Positions 10,016-21,858 of a stretch of 31,288 nt of DNA are shown in pieces. Each line of letters opens with the position of its first letter. Position 1 is the stretch's first letter. The notes under the pieces were generated by a model. That model was given only the letters and a program-made list of their open reading frames with translations, did no database searches and was not told where the DNA came from. Position numbers and translations under genes: made by a program. This stretch comes from Cyanophora paradoxa CCMP329 (lineage: Eukaryota > Plantae > Glaucophyta), in NCBI GenBank assembly GCA_004431415.1, contig QPMI01000362.1, positions 1-31,288 on the forward strand, read 5' to 3'.

Positions 10016-10251
10016 ATGTTTGACTTCATCGGCCGGTGGGTCCGCGAGACCATCCGCGCGAACCAGCCCTCGACGGAGCAGAACCGCGCGGAGCACTTCG
10101 CCCGCGTGAAGGAGTCGTGCGACGCCGCAGCATGGAAATATCCTTTTGCCGCGTTGCCGCGCCTCACAGTCCGCCTTGATGCTGCTCGCCTTGACCAGCT
10201 CGCCGCACGGTGCATGACTTCGAGGAGAAGAAGTTCAAGCATAAGTATTAG
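10016..10251 (+). CDS. 54-aa microprotein with two coding exons (10016-10137, 10209-10251); weak resemblance to plant mitochondrial complex I accessory subunit P1
   Basis: Removing the AT-AC intron gives MFDFIGRWVRETIRANQPSTEQNRAEHFARVKESCDAAAWKVHDFEEKKFKHKY-TAG with no frameshift. The product assignment is recall-based and weak. Confidence 0.7.
10138..10208 (+). other. U12-type (minor spliceosome) AT-AC intron, 71 nt
   Basis: 5' splice site ATATCCTTT, branch site CCTTGAC (10189-10195) with the branch A 14 nt before the 3' end, and terminal CAC. Splicing restores the reading frame. Confidence 0.88.
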
Positions 10252-10454
10252 GGACGTTTGTGTTTGCGTAGGATTGGTAGATCTGCAATCAACTAGGTTC
10301 TTGGGCGCGGTGATGGCACGTTGGTGGCGGCGTGGCCGCCTCTGGCATTGCATGGTGGCGAACTCCGTGTGGCCTGGCTAACCCCTCAGGCTCTCAAGCG
10401 GGGGACAGGAGCACTTGTGGCGTGCAACAGCCACAGCGGGCAGATGAGGGGGCG

Positions 10455-12525
10455 CTACCTGACGGAGAGCTCGCGGCTATGGCGGAGGTCGGAGCGGCGC
10501 ATGGCCTTGTCGGCCGGCTCCGCGAGGACCTCCAGGCGGGTGACGGGGTAGAGGGAGGAGCTGGGCCGCCGGAGGGGCGGGGGCCCGGGCGGGGCTGGGG
10601 GGGCGGGGACGGCGGGGGAGGTGTAGGGGGAGAGGAGGCCCTGCTCGTGGGCGGCGCGGAGGAACTCGGAGGCGTTGCCGGCGAGGAGGCGCTCCGCGCA
10701 GAGCCGCTCGAGGAACGCTCCGTCCTCCACCCGGTGCACCTTCTGCGCGTACGGGATCGCCGGCAGCCCCGCGCCCCGCTGCCGCCCCGTCCCCCGCGGC
10801 GAGGGGCCCCGCGCCCCCCGCGCCGAGGCCGGGGGCCGGTAGGAGCGCAGAGTGAGGGTCGGCGCTGGCGCGGCGGGGGCCGGCGGGTGCGGGAGGGAGG
10901 CGAGGTTGAGCGGGGGACCTCCGGCGGGGCCGCCTGCGGGGGCGCCTGCGGGGGCGGCGGCTCGTACACGGTGCCCTGCGCGGCGGCCTCCTCCTGCCGG
11001 CCGCGTCGGGCGGTGCGGGCGGGCCGGGGGCACGGAAGAGGAGGGACCTGCAGCATGAGGAGGACGGCATCCTCGGCAGGGGCCACCTCTGTGCCGCCGT
11101 CGGGCCGCAGCTGGGCGGGTTCGGTCGGGGTGGTGCGGGGCGGACCGTCGGGGGCGAGCCAGCCGCCGGCAGGGTTGGCGACGCGGGCGAAGAGGCCGTC
11201 GAGGAAGGCGGCGTACTCCTCGTCGGTCGAGCCGGGGCTCCACACGTCCGCCACCCCGCACAGCGAGTCGTCTGCCCGCCCCGCCCCCCGCTCGCCCCCC
11301 CGCCCCGCGTGCCGGCGCGTGCCGGCGCGGGGCGCGCACAGAAGGCGTCGTAGTCGAGGGCCTTTGCGCCGTGCGCGTCCAGCCGCCAGTCGTCCTGCGC
11401 CCTACTAAGCGCCCGCCGGCGCGGGGCCGAGCTGGGCGGGGCCGGCACCCGGGCGAGGCGGGCGGGGAGGCCCGGGTCGTCCACGCGGGGCACGAGGGAG
11501 AGGTACATCGCGCAGTTCAGCTGCACGTATCCCTCCAGCCCTGCGCCCCAGGGTCGCCCCAGGGACCGGCCCGCGCCTCGCGGCGCTCGCGGGGCGGAGG
11601 AGGCTTGGGGCGCGCACCTACACGGTCCCGCCCCTGCCGCGCCACCTCCCAGTACTGGTCGATCGTCCGCCGCAGGTTCGGGTCCTGGTGGTGGGCGCGC
11701 CGTTGGCGCGGGAGCGGAGGCGGGGCGTGGCGGAGGAGGGGGCACCTGCCGCAGCTCCGTCGGGGGGCGCCGCCGCCACTGCCGCGGCTTCTGGAACTGC
11801 AGCTTGCGCTGCACTCCGTGCAGCATGTACAGCCTGCGGGCCGTTTGAAGGGGGCACGCCTGCCACGAGCGGGGTCAATGGCGACGGGCTCGGCCCAAGC
11901 GAGAGCAGGGTGCGGACGGGGTGTCGCAGTGAAAACTTTTCTCGCTGGCCGTTGTACCACCGTCTTGCCCACAGCTCGATCTCGTCAGGCAAGGGCTTCG
12001 GCTGTCGCACGTCGGCCGGAGGAACCCTTGCGAGCGATGTGGCAGCCAGCAGATCGCTCACTCCACTCCAATCCTGCGCTTCCTCGTCAGCCTCGGAGTG
12101 AAGCCAGCTGGCTGAAGCTTTGGAGTCACAGGCAACCAGCCGCAGCTAATTCTCATGCAAGGCAGCCAGCCAGGAGCTAATTCTGCTGCGGTGCTGGCCG
12201 CTGGCATGGGACGGGCTGGACGCGCTAGGAACACTAGCTGAACCGATTTCACTGGTTTCCCTATATGGCCTAAGCCAGCTGGACTGGCTAGCTGAGTGCG
12301 GCGCACCTTCCAGGTTCTCGGCGAAAACTTCACATACGCATCGAGGTCGTTTCGGCGGCGTTTCTCATCGTCCCGGCGCCTCAACAGCCCGTCGGGCGCG
12401 CCTTCTTCTTCCACGACCATTTCGGGGGTACAGGTGCCGCGGAGAGCTTGCGAAGCCGGTCCAAGTTGCGGGGAGGCGTAAAGGTTCCGCACGCAGGCTT
12501 GGCCATCGTTCCTGGAGTCGATCAT
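10455..12525 (-). CDS. Hypothetical protein with a degenerate EF-hand-like helical domain; start uncertain
   Basis: Spliced core LRRTIDQYWEVA...GLEGYVQLNCAMYLSLVP...DDWRLDAHGAKALDYDAFCDSLCGVADVWSPGSTDEEYAAFLDGLFARV resembles an uncharacterised protist DW..D/F..sl..aD.W family. Ends RLEVLAEPADKAMRRSDLRHSRELSVR-stop. Confidence 0.6.
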
Positions 12526-12747
12526 AGCTCCCGTACCGCGCCCGCTTTCCAACCGACCGTCAAGTTGCCCCGGCGCATTCGCCGCGTCGTTGCATAACAG
12601 TCGTAGATATGGACAGGAAGGAGAAGGTTAGCGCAGCGTGCGACGCCAGCTGATTCTGGAGCGCGCCAACCAACCCGCCCGCGCGAGCTCGCCACGGCGC
12701 AGCGAAACACCAGCGATAGTTGTGGAGCCCAGCTCTGACCTCGAACC

Positions 12748-14525
12748 ATGCGGGGAGCCCGATCGCTCGATGTGCTCAGTGTCGACATCGGGGCGCCCCT
12801 GCGCTCGCCCCTTGGCCCAGCGGAGCGCAACCCGTTTGCCTATGACTCGCCGAAGCTACCCTCCTCCCACAACGGCAGCTGGCGAAGGAGACGCCCCAGC
12901 CGCCTTCCCAGCCTAGGCTCGTCGTCCTCATCCCCACCGCACCTGCCGGCGAAATTCGAGTCGACGCTGCCGGCGAGCATCGCTTCGAAGTTAAACCTTC
13001 TGAACGGCGTGGACAGCCCACGAGAGACCCCGCCGAGCTCGGCGGCGGTGCTCGCGCGGCAGCCGTCCCTGCTGGGGCGCCAGAACCGGTCCGGCTCGCA
13101 GGCGCAGCTGGTCCCCCTCGCGAGCGACGGGCGGCGGCTGTCGATGCAGTTCTACAACACGTCCGTCGAGCCCGCGGCGCTCGCCCCGCAGAACCGGCGT
13201 CACTCGGTGGACCCGCGCGCCGGCCAAGGCCTCCTCCGCCTCGTGCCCGGCGAGGCGGAGCCGGAGCGCGGCGGCGAGGCGCTCCCCCCGCCGCCCCCGC
13301 AGCCGCAGCTGCAGGCGCAGGCGGGGGACTCGCCGCCGGCGCGGCGGGCGAGCGTGATGGTGGCGGCGGGGCCGCAGGGGAGAACCGGCGCTCCTCTATC
13401 GCCTTCGCGGCCGTCCCCGAGGGCTCCCCGCTCGCCGCCAGCCGCCGCGGCTCGGTCATGGCGGCGCAGGGGCGGCGGCCCTCGCTCATGCGGCCCCGCT
13501 CGAACAGCCGCGGCGACCTCGGGCTGGGCGGCGGGGCGGCGGGGGGGCCGGGGCCGGGCGGGGCCGGGGCGGCGGTACTCGCGGCGGGAGGTGCTCGAGC
13601 TGAAGCGGATCTTCGACAGCATCGACTGGAGCGGCGGCGGCACGCCGCTCGTCGCCGACGTCCTCCGCGCCCTCGACTCCGCCGCCGACCTCGCCATCCG
13701 ACGCCTCGCCGGTCCGCCCCCCGCCCCCGCTCCCCGCCGATGCGTGCGGGCGGCGCGCGTGCGAGCGGGGCGGGCGGGGCGCAGAGGGCCTGCTGGAGCG
13801 GCTGCAGGCGAAGGGCTCGGTGGCCTCGGAGCAGGAGACCCTGACCTTCCACCAGCTCATCTACGCCCTCTACCCCTCCCTCCTCAAGTACGAGTACGAG
13901 TTTATCTTCTCGTGGACCAGGTACCCCCGGCGCTGCGTCGGGCAGACAAGAGCCGCGGGCAGCGCCGCCGACCCCCCGCGCGCGCAGGCCGCGCGTGCGC
14001 GAGCGGAAGAAGGCGCGGCCGCTCACGAGCGAGGAGAAGGCCGAGATCGCCGAGGTACGCGGGGCGGGGCGGGAGGCGGGTGTGGCGGGGCGGGGCGGTG
14101 AGGGGCGGGGCGCGCGGCGGGGGCAGATCTTCGGGCTGTACGACCGGAACGGGGACGGGTCGCTCTCGCTGGAGGAGTTCGTGGAGGCGATGCAGCGCAC
14201 CGGCATCTCCGAGGACGAGCTCATCGTCCGCGACCCCCGCGCCCCGCCCCGCGCCCCGCCCCCGCCCCGCCTGACGGGCACCCGGCAGGACGTCTACTAC
14301 TGCCACGACCTCGACCACAACTCCGTCATCTCCCTCTCCGAGTTCGAGGAGATGGCCCGCACCGCCCCGCACCGCCCCGCCCCGCGCCCGCGCCCCGCCC
14401 CCGCGCCGGGCGCGCTGACGGGACCCCGGGGCGCGCAGATGTCCAACGCCTACCTCAGCGCCAAGGTCGTCGAGCGCGCCATGGCCAGCGTCGGCAACGC
14501 CCCCGCCCCGCCCCGCCTCTCCTGA
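12748..14525 (+). CDS. EF-hand calcium-binding protein with a long Ser/Pro-rich N-terminus
   Basis: EF loops LKRIFDSIDWSGGG (degenerate), IFGLYDRNGDGSLSLEEFVEAM and HDLDHNSVISLSEFEEM. N-terminus has several RRxS motifs. Confidence 0.85.
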
Positions 14526-14840
14526 CCCCTCCCTCCATTCCTTTCCCCTCCCGTCCCCACTCCACACCCCTGCATCTGGCAGCCCCGTTCCAAGGGGGCC
14601 CGGCCGCTGCCATTCGTTTTTTTCGTATTTGCTCAGACCCGCCATCTGCTCCAGCATGGCCGCGCTTCGATACGCTCTCAATACGTGCATGTGCATACTT
14701 CATCGCTTCTTATTCGCATTGTCATTTATCCTTTTGTCTTGCCACGTCGCATTTTTTTGAAGTGCAAGAGCTACGAATAGTGCGCGCACAAGACACGCTC
14801 GCCAAGGCGGTGGCAGCGGGGAGAGGGCCGCGGGCTAGCG

Positions 14841-17142
14841 CTAGCGGCTAGCGCTGGACTTGGGGGCGTGGGCAGCGGAGGGAGGGCTCGCCCAGAGGCG
14901 CACCGTCTGGTCGACGACGGCGGGGCCGGGCGTCAGCGAGTCAGGGCGCCGCCACTGGCGCGGGGGCGGGGGCGGCGGGGCGGACCTTGTCGAAGGAGCA
15001 GGAGGCGAGGAGCTCCTCGCGCGGGTGGAAGTGCACGTCGCGCTGCGCCGGCGTCAGCGGAGGGCGCCGGGCAGCGCGCGGGGGGCGGGGGAGGCGCACC
15101 ACGACGCCCGTGTGGCCGGCGAGCTGCGGGGCGGGGCGCGGCGTGAGGGGGCGGGGCGGGGCGGGGCAGGGGGCGGGCAGGGCGGACGCGGGAGAGGGAG
15201 CGGGAGGTGCGGAGGTCCCAGACGTGGATGGCGTTGTCCTGCCCCGTCCCGTGCACGTAGTGCCCCGAGGGGTGCCAGGCGTGCCGCCTGCACGCACGCA
15301 CCCCCCGTGCCCGCCGGCGTCAGCCCCCGCCGCGTGGCCGGGTGGGCGGGGGCGGGGCGGACGGCTGCGCGAAGGCGTCGTTGGAGGCCCCGTAGAGGTT
15401 CCTGCCCCGCCCGTCAGCCCCGCGCCGCCCGGCAGCGACAAAGCCGCCCGCCGCCGCCCGCCGCACCGCACTTGCTCGCCCGTGCCCGTGCGGAAGACGA
15501 TGATGCGGGACTTGTCTGAGGGGGGCGCGGCGAGGTGAGAGACGGGGCGGGGCCGGGGGCGGGGGCGGGGGCGGGGAGGCGGGAGGGGCGGGCCGGTGGA
15601 GACGGAGAGGTACTTCTCGTTGGGGCTCGCCGCGAGGTCCATCGCCGTGAAGCTCACCTGCAGCGTCCAACCCCAAGTCAGAAAATCTTACCAAGGACGA
15701 CAAACAAAAAGGCTCACACCACGTTGTCTCCATTTATGTTCATGTTGACCTGCGCGCGCCCGCATCGGGGGGGCCGACTGGGGGCGTGCGGGGCGGGTGG
15801 GGGCACCTTGGAGCGGACGGCGCCGGCGTCGAGGTCGATGTACTCGAGGAAGTTCGAGTCGCGGCACGCCGCCACCAGCGTCTGGCCCCGCCCCGCCCCC
15901 GTCGCCCCCGGGCCCCCGCCGGGCGGGGCGGCGGGCGGGGCGCACGTGGGTGCCCGGGAGGACCTCGACGGCCTCCACCGTCCCCACGAACGCCAGCTCC
16001 GCCACCATCGCGTACCCGGCCCCGTCCCCCGCCGCCCTGCGCCCGCCCCGACGGCTCGCAGGCGGGGGGCGGGCGGGGCGGGGCGGGGCGGGCCGGTAGA
16101 CGCGGAGGTGCTTGTCGTAGGAGGCGATGCAGAAGAAGGAGGCGTCGGGGGCCCAGCGCGCCCGCACCGCGTACTTCGTCCCCGCCGCCAGCGTCTGCAC
16201 GATCGAGCGCTCCCCGACGCTGCGCCCCGCCGCCTCAGGCTCCGCCGCCCCGGGGCGGCCTCGTGGGGCTGCGGGGGTGGGGCGGGCCTGTAGATGCGGG
16301 CCTTGCCGTCCATGCCGCAGCTGGAAATCTTCCGGTCGATTGGAGAAAGGGGGCCAGCTGCGGGGAGGAGCACCTGAGGAGGAGATCCCTGCTGGGGGGT
16401 CAGGGGCCGGGGCCGGCTGGGAAGGGGCGGGCGGCGCACGGGTCCTCGGGGTGGAAGTCCACGGAGAGGATCTGCCCCGCCCCGCCCCTCAGAGGCGGCT
16501 CGCAGCGCAGGCGCCCGCCCGCCCCGCGCACCGCCCATCGTCGATGGGAAAGTGATCGGGGGCGGCGTGGGCCCCCCGCCAGCGCCCCCGGAAGTTGACC
16601 AGGCGGAGGGACCTGTCCGAGCCGCCCGTCGCCACAAGGTCCAAATCGTGCGGCGAGAAGCGAACCTGCGCGCGCACACACGGAGCCGCGTCACACGTGG
16701 GGGGAGGAGCAGGCGACGAGCGAGCGCGGCGGACGGTCAGGATGTTGCCGGTGTGAAGCCCCTCGATGCAAGCCTTCTGCTCCGACGGGTACACGCCGGC
16801 GCCGACGATCTCGTTCAGATCGTCATCGTCCGCCGCCGCCGCGCTCAGCCCGCCGGGGCCACGCAACATCTCAGCCTCGTATGCGTCGCTCAGAGCTGCA
16901 TGTCTGAACATTAAAACGAATTAACGTTACATGATTCCGAGCTGCGCGCACCGGCGAGGAGCGCGCTCGCGCGGTGCAGCGAGTCGGGCTCGTATGCGCG
17001 TCCTGCCTCCTCTTCGAGCGCCGCCAGCGCATGGGTGAAACCCCTATACGTAATCGATCAGGCGTAAACTCCTGTGCGCGAGGTGTGCCTACTTGTCGTG
17101 CAAATACTGAAGACCATTTGTAGTTGGTAATCTTCTTCGCAT
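14841..17142 (-). CDS. LisH plus WD40-repeat protein
   Basis: LisH-like QYLHDKGFTHALAALEEEAG. WD40 repeats VRFSPHDLDLVATGGSDRSLRLVNF, ARWAPDASFFCIASYDKHLRVY, WHPSGHYVHGTGQDNAIHVWDL and [30 protein letters not shown]. The start needs an indel correction. Confidence 0.85.
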
Positions 17143-17220
17143 AGGCGCGCGCCGGCCGGCTCGAAATCCGTCATCGCGATCTGATCTCGCGTTGCGCTTG
17201 CTGCTTTCCTTGGTTGAAGT

Positions 17221-17267
17221 TGTCAGAAGGCTGACAGAAGGCTGTCAGAAGGCTGACAGAAGGCTGT
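17221..17267. repeat. 11-bp tandem repeat x4 with alternating TGTCAGAAGGC / TGACAGAAGGC units
   Basis: Direct reading. Lies in the divergent intergenic region about 80 bp upstream of the WD40 gene start. Confidence 0.9.
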
Positions 17268-17530
17268 AAAGCGCCTCGTGGGGTACCGAAGAATCGGGGG
17301 GGTGGAACCCGTTGACGAAAGAGCTCCAGCCGGAGGAAATCGCGTCGCGTGGCCGCGAAGGATGGAGCCTGCACTTCCGCAAGGTCTGCTTTTTCTCTCG
17401 AGTGTCGACGCGAGCCACCCGGCCGACAGTCCTCGCCCGCTTTCCCGCTCTCTTTTCTTTCGGCGAAAATACCCTTTTTGATTTCGAGATAGTCCGTGAC
17501 CTCTCGAAGCCACGGCGGCAAGCCTAGCCG

Positions 17531-17605
17531 CAGCGTCCGACTCGCCGGCGATCCCGCTCAATCCCCAGCGTCGGACTCGCCGGCGATCCCGCTCAATCCC
17601 TAGCG
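17531..17605. repeat. 35-bp tandem duplication (1 mismatch) just upstream of the ATG at 17625
   Basis: CAGCGTC(C/G)GACTCGCCGGCGATCCCGCTCAATCCC at 17531-17565 and 17566-17600, plus a partial TAGCG. Confidence 0.9.
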
Positions 17606-17624
17606 ATTCGCAGGCCGAAGGGAG

Positions 17625-20600
17625 ATGGAGGCGTCACCCTCTCCTGGCTTAGAAGCAGCAGGTGCGCCGCTCGCCGTCGTTCCCCGCTCGTCCCCTCGTT
17701 CGTCCAAAGCACCGTTCCCCCCAACCGGAGCCACGATTACCGCAGCTGATACCAGCTATCGGATGCTCTTTAATCGGCAATTTATATCAGCCCGCCTGTG
17801 CTGCGCTGCCCTCCGCGTGGCTGACGATGCGCCTGCAGCCCCGCAGCTATCGCCAATCGAGGCGCAGGCAGTCCTCTCCTCGGACACCTCTTTCGCGCTT
17901 TCGGACCCCGTCCTCGGGCTTTCTCTCTCGCAACAACAAGAGCAGCAGCAAGCGCAGCCGACAACGACTCTGGAAGTTGTGGACCCGGCGGCTCTGCAGG
18001 GCGAATTCCTCGTCCCGTTCACCGGTGCCCCAGCCGGCGAGCTCGCGACCGCCGCGAGCAGCAGCAGCAACAGCGCGGGGCGGCGCGGGCGAGTCGCGGC
18101 CGAAGCGGCTGATCTGCGGCCAGAGGTCGGCATCAAGGTCAACGGCAACACGAGAAGGAGGTCGTCGACGCATCAGACCCTCATCGCGGAGTGCGCGAGC
18201 GCGCGCCGGCTCCGGATCGTCCCGTGCCGTCCCTCATGCGCCCCGCAGTTCCGGCACAAGCAGCGGCAGGCCCTGCGCCAGGGCGACCCGCAGGTCGCCG
18301 GCGCCCGCCCCGTCGGAGGCGCCCGGCGCTCACTGCGCGCTGCGGCAGGTGGCGCGGAGGGTGCAGCGCTTTGACAACGGATCGAGGCGCTGGACAGCAG
18401 CATCGTGCACATCTTCAAGAACCGGCAAGTCCGCATCAACGTGAGCCCGGGCGCGGCGCGGCGGGGCGCGGCGGGGCCGAGGGGCGGGCCGGGCGCGGCG
18501 CAGGTGAGGAACTACTCGCAGCGGACGGTGGAGGGGAGCTGTGCACCATCGACTACTTCGTGGACGACGCGTACCTCCTCGGCGACATCGAGTTCGGTGC
18601 GCCCGCCCAGCCGCCCCCGGCCCCTCTCCTCCCCCCGACGCCGCGCCTCCCCCGCAGGGAGCCCGAGCTGGGCTCGTGCTACGCGTCCAAGTGCGGCCGT
18701 GCCAGTCGGTGTGCTCGCCGACGGGAAGGCGATGCGGCTGCGGCTGCAGCCCGGCGAGTCCTGGACGGGTATGGTCTTCATCAACACCCCCAGCTCCCCT
18801 CGGCGTCTTCTTCAAGCTCTACGCCGTCGGCTTCATCGAGGCGAGCGCATCCAGCCGCACGGCAGCGTCCCCTACGCCGCCGGCGTCTCCCAGAGCCCTC
18901 TTCATCTCCTCCAAGATCACCCGCGGCATCAAGAAGCGCCGTCCGCCCCCGCCCCGCCCCCGGGCCCCGCGCGGGTTCACGCTCCGCAGGGCGCGAGCTC
19001 GAGCAGGGGCCCGGGGGCAGCCAGGCCTCGGCCGGCTCGCAGTCGCAGTCGCAGGACCTCGACGACCCCGACTACGGTCCCCCCGCCCGCCCCGCCCGCC
19101 CCGGCCCCCGGCCCCCCGACGATGGCGGCGCAGAGGGGGACGAGAACCTCAGCTGGATCGCGAGCCCCGGCGCGCCGACGGGCCCGCAACCAGGCCAACG
19201 CGGCGGCCCTCGCGGGGCCCTCCCCGCGCCGCCCTCGCAGGAGCAGAGCGGCGAACTCGCCGCCTCCGGCACCCAGGGCGACGACCGGTGCGCCTGCTCC
19301 CGCCCGCCTCCTCCCCGCGCCGCCGCTGACGGCGCGGGGCAGGGCGGGGATCGGGGATGCCGCCGCCGCCGTCGCCGGCCCGTCGTCGCAGGCGTCGGTG
19401 GTGGAGCGCTCGCAGTCGTCGCGGGGCGGGCGCGGGGGCGGCGGGGCGGGGGCGCACGCGGGGCGGACGGCGCTGGTGCTGGCGGCGGAGGCGGACTCGC
19501 GGCGGTGGCGGAGAACTCGCGCGCCGTCATGCGCATGCAGGCGCGGTGGCGGGGCCGGCGGGCCCGCCCCGCGCACCCCTACTTCCTCAGCCTCGAGTTC
19601 TCCCACTTCAGTGCCGAGTGCGGCGGCGTCGGCTCCCTCCAGAAGCCCGAGACCCGCATCCACTCCTGGGCCAACGCGCGCCCCGCCCGCCCGCCCCCGC
19701 CTCCACCGCTCCTCGCCCCGCCGAACCGAACCCCGCGCAGCCGTTCGGAACGGACTTTGCCTTCCGGTACGCCCCAAGGAGCCCGGCTGGTACTGCATTC
19801 GCGTGCGCGCCCCGCCCTCCCCGCCCTCCCGTGCTGGGGCGTGGCCGAGGCGGGCCGCAGGGCTCGCTCTTTGCCGCGCTGGACGGGTCGCCCTCGATCG
19901 CCTCGAGCACCCTCTGGCTCCCTTCCTCCCAGCGGCTGCCCGAGAACCGGCGCGCCAAGGAGATCCTCCGCGCCTACGAGATCGACCAGCACGCCGCCGC
20001 CTGCCGTCCGCCCCGCCCCTCCCCGCCCGCCCCGCGCGGGGGCCGACGTTGGGCGCGGGGGCAGTGGCGATGCAGCTGGGGAGGGGCGGGGCGGGGCTCG
20101 GCCAAGGGCGGCTCGTCGGGCGGCTCGCAGCTCTCGCGCGCTCGAGCTCGGCCTCCTCGGGGCCGGCCGCAAGCGCCCCGCGGGGGCCGGCGCCGCAAGG
20201 GCGACTCGAGCGGGAGCGCCCTCTTCGACCAGCCCCGATCGTCTCGGCCGCCGCGTTCCGCCGCAAGAGCGGTCCGCCGCCCTCCCCCGCCCCGCCCCGC
20301 CCGCCGCGCTCACCGCCGCGCAGCGAAACTCGCCGAGGCGGAGGCGATGGAGGAGGGGGACGGCGACGACGGTGCGCCGGCTGCCGCCCAAGCCGGGCGG
20401 GGCTGACGCGGAGGGGTGCGGCAGTGCGATGACCCAGGTGGGGCGGCGCGGCGGGGCCCGGCGGCAAGGGCGGCTCGCAGGGGGAGTCGGGGAGGGGGAT
20501 GCGGGGATCCGGGAGTCTGGGGCGGAGACGGAGGGAGGTGGAGGAGCTCGTGGACCCCGGCCCCGAGGCCCCCGCCCCCACCCGCCGCCAGCCCCGCCGC

Positions 20601-20990
20601 CGCGCCGCCGCCCCCGCCCGCCCCCGCCCCGCCCCCCGCCCCCGCCCCGCCAGCGACGGCGAGGAGGGGAGGGGAGGGGAGGAAGCGGCGCGGGACCTCG
20701 GGGAGGCGAGGAGGACGGGAGGGGCCGCTGCTGGGCGCGGGCCCGCCGGCGGGGTGCGCGTCAAGCGCGAGGAGGGGGCGGAGGAGGGCGAGGGCGGCGC
20801 CCGCGGCGCCCCCTCCGCCTCCGCCCTCGACCCCGACGGCGCCCTCCTCCCCGTCGCCGCCTCCCCGGGCGCGGCGCACCACAGGTGCCGCCCCCCGCGC
20901 CCTGGGCCGCGCCCCGCGGAGTGCTGAGGCGGGCGCAGTGGCGAAGGGGCGGATGCGCTGCTCGCCATCGCGCGCCTGCACAGCCAATAG
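17625..20990 (+). CDS. Multi-exon hypothetical protein, possibly a beta-sandwich (Ig-fold) transcription factor
   Basis: Globular exons IVHIFKNRQVRINVRNYSQRTVEG.ELCTIDYFVDD...LGVFFKLYAVGFIE...ALFISSKITRGIKKR, and a second domain PYFLSLEFSHFS...PFGTDFAFRYAPKEPGWYCIR. Gln/Ser-rich linkers. Ends GADALLAIARLHSQ-TAG. The gene is well supported; the function is inference. Confidence 0.6.
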
Positions 20991-21858
20991 CGCCCCGCCA
21001 CGAGGCCGCCTCACGCCCACCCCGCCCCGCCGGCCCCCTCCCCGCCGACCCCCCTCCCATCTGCCCCGCTTTAGGCACGCACCGCATTGCAGCAGATCCG
21101 CAGTCGTAGGCCTAGGTTTTTGAGGCTCTCGGCAGCTTAGTGTTCTCGTAACGACCGTCTCGCTGCCCTCGTAGTGGCTGCCTTCGTATGTTTCCTAGCC
21201 AGAAGCAGCATAGCCCCATAGTTCAACGGTTCTGCAACTTGTGGCAATAGAGCCGATACGTATAGCCCTGATCATGAGCACCGCGACATGATCAATCCAG
21301 CAGCCTTCGATCATCGGATTGCGATCGAGCACTAGTACCGTAGTACTGCGGCACGCGCCCGGGGGTCATCGGATCCACCCGACATTATATGACTCGCGAT
21401 CGCATCGGACCGTCGGACCACTCAGTGTGTGTACTAATGACAATAACTTAGAAACTTGAAACAATGTGATATTCCTGCTGTCCGGACTCTGAGATCTGGC
21501 AGCGGCTGCGCGTGCCCACGCAGCCGCGCTGGACTCGGGACCGTCGGACTGGTCACAAAGTCAGGACCTAAAGAAGCGCTAGCTAGTAGCGCTAAGCTTT
21601 CACGATCAAAACCTGCTCTAACTATAACCGTCAACTAGTTCTGTACGTCTGACCTCATTGCACTGAACTGACTTCTAGCACGCATCGGTCAGCTGCAGCT
21701 GGCTAGCTGCAGCTGCAGGCCGTCGAAAATAAATGCTTACTGCACGGGCAATACTCAAAAAAAAGCTTATACGTCGCTAAACTTAATACGTCGAAAAAGT
21801 TATACTTAATGCTCAGCGGCTGCAGATCTAGAGGAGCTGCAGCCTGCTCGGCGGCAAG

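Noticed and set aside
10196-10220. Canonical AG acceptor at 10197-10198 giving SPHGA(W)DFE via an indel
   Set aside because: It needs a sequencing error and has no suitable donor. The AT-AC intron explains the frame with no correction.
21125-21800. AT-richer intergenic stretch as a transposon or ncRNA
   Set aside because: I found no TIR/TSD, tRNA, snRNA or snoRNA box pattern by eye.
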